Origin: the human T2T-CHM13v2.0 reference genome, Homo sapiens
DNA: 64,000 nt
Assembly (NCBI RefSeq): GCF_009914755.1
Contig: NC_060940.1
Direction: 5' to 3' (one strand)
The notes under the pieces were generated by a model. That model was not told the DNA's origin. It did not search any database and worked only from the letters and a program-made list of their open reading frames with translations. This document shows positions 11,040-64,000 of this stretch, in pieces (the stretch's first letter is position 1; each line of letters begins with the position of its first letter). Made by a program: the position numbers and the translations under genes.

Positions 11040-11343
11040 TTTTTTTTTTTTTTTTTTTTTTGAGTCAGGGTCTTGCTCTGTCACCCAGGCTGGAGTGCAG
11101 TAGTGCCATCATGGCTCACTGCAGCCTTGACCTCCTGAGCTCAAGCAACCTTCCACCTCAGCCTCTCCGGAGTATCTGGGACTACAGGCACACACCACCA
11201 AGCCTGGCTGATTTTTAAATTTTTTTGTGGAGACTTGTCTCACTTTGTTGCCCAAGCTGCTTTGGAACTCCTGGCCTCAAGCCATCCTCTTGCCTAGGCC
11301 TCCCAAAGTGCTGCGATTACAGGCGTGAGCCACCATGCCCAGC
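11040..11343 (-). mobile_element. AluJ-like
   Basis: Poly-T then antisense Alu. Confidence 0.88.
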
Positions 11344-11962
11344 TCTCTCTTGGGTCTTAAAGCAAAGTGTCAAAGACCCAGCCACCACTTCTTAGAAATG
11401 ACTCGATGTCATACTAGCATAAATGCATCGATAAAAAGATGGAAATGTGGTAACACAGTGATCTTGGGGAATCCTAGTTTTCTTTTCCAATTTCTTTGTT
11501 GTTGCAGTGAGCAAGTACTTGTTTCAAGATAGGAATGAAATATTCGGCTCTTTTAGACAGACAAGCACAGGTGCTCAGTTTGGGAGAAGAATTAAAATCC
11601 TCTGCACTCTCCATGCTGCCTTGCTAATTCTCGGGGTCCTGTCCTCATCTTCTACTCTTGCCTTCTGCAGGGACCCCACAGCGTGTTTTCCCCGATCTTT
11701 TTGTATCACTCTAAATCCAGTATTGGGCCCAGGGAGCACCCCCTCCCCTGCCCCCTTCAGCTGTCCTCCTGCCTGAGTCTTCTGGAAGCTTCGGGACAGA
11801 AAGAACCCAAGGATTTGTCATGAAGCTCAGTGTGGCAGGTCTACTGTTTCCATGTAAATCATGTCTGCTTATCTGAGCTGGTTTTGGTGGAAACTGATGG
11901 AAATTATGGGGAAGCTAAATCCCTGTCTCTCTGCAAGCCACTCCCCAATCCCACCCCCATGA

Positions 11963-12403
<441 letters not shown>

Positions 12404-12989
12404 CAATTCCTGCTCTCTAGCTCCGGGAAAACCTATGGCTGCATGCAGAGTCTTAGACAACTTCCTTTTCCTCTCTGGGCCTCAGTTTCCCATTCTGTAA
12501 GATGAGAGGTTTCCATAGGCCTACACTTTCTAATTGGTGGCTTTCAATCCTCTGGTGATTTGCATAAAAGGCATCTATTTCAATTGTGGTTATAAATAAC
12601 AAACCCCAATAAGTAGACGAATTATTTAAATGGTTTCTCATTATCACTGAATAGTTGAGAGTCTACTGTATTTGAGTGAAAATGCAGCACGAGAAACTGA
12701 AATCAGATGCACTCATGATTATGACCCTGAGGTCAATGTGTCATTCCCTTCATTCCCTCCTTGCCCCCATGAAAGTTTGACTACTGTATGGTTTGAACCT
12801 GTGCTTCTTAGTTGTTTATTGCTTAAGTTTTAGCCACAATGGCAAATTGCAGCGGGAAATTCAGTCTTACTTTGTCATTTGGAAACAAAATACAAAACCT
12901 ATCAAAATAAAGCACTAGCTTTTTTTTTTTGAGACAAAATGGAAGAAATCCTAATATTAGGTAAGAAAAGCAATTTTTTGGTGTTTTTT

Positions 12990-13293
12990 TAATTTTATTT
13001 ATTTATTTTTTTGAGACAGAGTCTTGCTCTGTCGCCCAGGCTGGAGTGCAGTGGTGCGATCTCGGCTAACCGCAAGCTCCGCCTCCCAGGTTCACGCCAT
13101 TCTCCTGCCTCAGCCTCCCGAGTAGCTGGTACTACAGGCGCCCGCCACCACGCCCGGCTAAGTGTTTATATTTTTAGTAGAGACGGGGTTTCACTGTGTT
13201 AGCCAGGATGGTCTCGATCTCGTGGCCTCATGATCTGCCAGCCTTGGCCTCCCAAAGTGCTGGGATTACAGGCGTGAGCCACTGTGCCCGGCC
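12990..13293 (-). mobile_element. AluY-like
   Basis: CpG-rich antisense Alu with GCAAGCTCCGCC and GTTAGCCAGGATGG. Confidence 0.88.
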
Positions 13294-13554
13294 TCTTTGG
13301 TGTGTATTTTGATGTGGTGACTGGTAGTTAAATTCAGTGTACATATGAATTCACCCTTGGGACAAAATATGCTGGATTTGAGCTTGTTTTTAGGCAAATC
13401 ATGTTTCATCTTGCAGAGCTAATTCAAAGTATACTGACTGCATGCACTTCTTGCTTAGGGGAAGAAAACTCATCAAAATTTGTTTCTAGGCATATGTTAT
13501 TAGAGCTAGGATTAAAATAAATCTTACATACTTTCTTTAATATGCTAACATTAA

Positions 13555-13881
<327 letters not shown>

Positions 13882-14246
13882 TAATTCCACCAACAAAATC
13901 TCCCGTCCTTTCCAGCTGTGATGGTGAATTCTAAAGTAGAATTCATCTTTGGAGCTTCTCCCTGTAGGCATGCACCTTGCGTTGCGCCTGCCAGATGTCG
14001 CGCGGAGTCCTCCAGGCCTCTAGAAGGCAGAGATGGTCTCGTTTCCTTGCCGAGCATGCGCCTTAGTTCTCTCTTCTGGGGCTGTGAACGTGGGGTCGAA
14101 GCGCGCGTGCGCGGCGGCTCTGGCGGCGGCGGTGGGGCGGGGCCTGGGCTGTCAGCCGGCCTAGGAGGAGGAAGGAGCCTGCGGCGTGCAGTGTGAGGGG
14201 CGGGACCCGGCTGCCGGCGGTGGGTCTAGCTGGGGGAGGTCGGGCC

Positions 14247-63080
<48,834 letters not shown>

Positions 63081-63727
63081 GTAAGGCATTCAGTGCTGCC
63101 GCTGCACCTGGGTGTGGGTGCCTCCCTGATCAGAAGTCCTCCCGTCTCCTCTGGCTGTCTGCCTTTCATCTGTGGCGGGGGGAACTTTCATCCTAATTAA
63201 GGGTCCTCTTAGAATAGTGTCATCTTCACAAGCAGCATCTTATGTGGGTTTTTAATGAACAGCGTTGCTGTCATGCATCCAGAAAGGAAATTGGAACTGT
63301 TGTATCCTCCCCGCGACTTGCCCTGTAAGCTCTGATCATTATTCTGCAAGTTAAGGAACTTAAGGCCTAAGCAGCATTTCAAATCAAGGGACAATAATAG
63401 AACATGGGCTTAATGGGTGGCAGGGCCACGCAGTTATCTTAGGTTCAGATGACCTTTTTCCTGCTCCCATTTTGTGGGCAGAGTCTTTTGATACTCAAGA
63501 TCATGACCTAGCTAAATTAATCCCTAAAGAGGACATCCTTCGAGTCACAGAATGTGGCCTGGGAATCATTTGAAGTAAGGCTTTTCTCTTACTGAGTAAC
63601 TCTCATTGGGAAGACTAGAGGGCTTAGGTAGGGTAAGAGGGGCTGCCTCTTAGTGGCTTTATTTAGGTGGCTTCATTATGCATGAAGATTGTGAGGGAGG
63701 ATAGAACTTTTGACCTAGGAAGTGGAT

Positions 63728-64000
63728 TTTCTTTTCTTTTTCTTTTTTTTTTTTTTTGAGACGGAGTCTCACCCTGTCACGCAGGATGGAGTGCAGTGCC
63801 GTGATCTCGGCTCACTGCAACCTCCTCCTTGTGGGTTCAAGTGATTTTCCCACCTCAGCCTGTAGCTGGGACTACAGGCACACACCATCACACCCGGCTA
63901 ATTTTTGTATTTTTAGTAGAGACGGGGTTTCACCATGTTGGCCAGATTGGTCTTGAACTCCTGACCTCAGGTGATCTGCTCGCTTCGGCCTCCCAAAGTG
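63728..64000 (-). mobile_element. AluS (cut by window end)
   Basis: Antisense Alu. Confidence 0.88.

Overview
Human genomic DNA, recognisable as part of the chr16p13.11 segmental-duplication block where an ABCC6 copy and a NOMO copy lie head-to-head. Minus strand (1187-5064): exons 1-4 of an ABCC6 copy with intact GT-AG sites. It reads Q64, T78 and V158 where I recall R64, A78 and A158 in ABCC6, which points to the partial duplicate ABCC6P2. It also retains a 99-codon URG7-type ORF (exon 1 plus exon 2 running into intron 2). Plus strand (14247-63080): coding exons 1-26 of a Nodal modulator gene, 3111 nt = 1037 codons in one open frame, continuing past the window end. Residues I404/K458/N490/M493/M580 match my recollection of NOMO1. 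Between the two promoters is a ~4.4-kb AT-rich SATR1/SATR2-like array of 63/66-bp palindromic units. Together with ~350 bp of unassigned sequence it is bracketed by a 75-90-bp direct duplication of a MIR fragment, as if inserted as one cassette ~0.55 kb upstream of the ABCC6 ATG; this is the most unusual structure in the window. The introns are Alu-dense and include a young AluYb8-type insertion, three Alus stacked at one target site, a MER57 solo LTR and a MADE1 hairpin. The genes are well known and I cannot demonstrate a new biological system. Paralog and repeat-family names come from memory, not database searches, and repeat boundaries are approximate.
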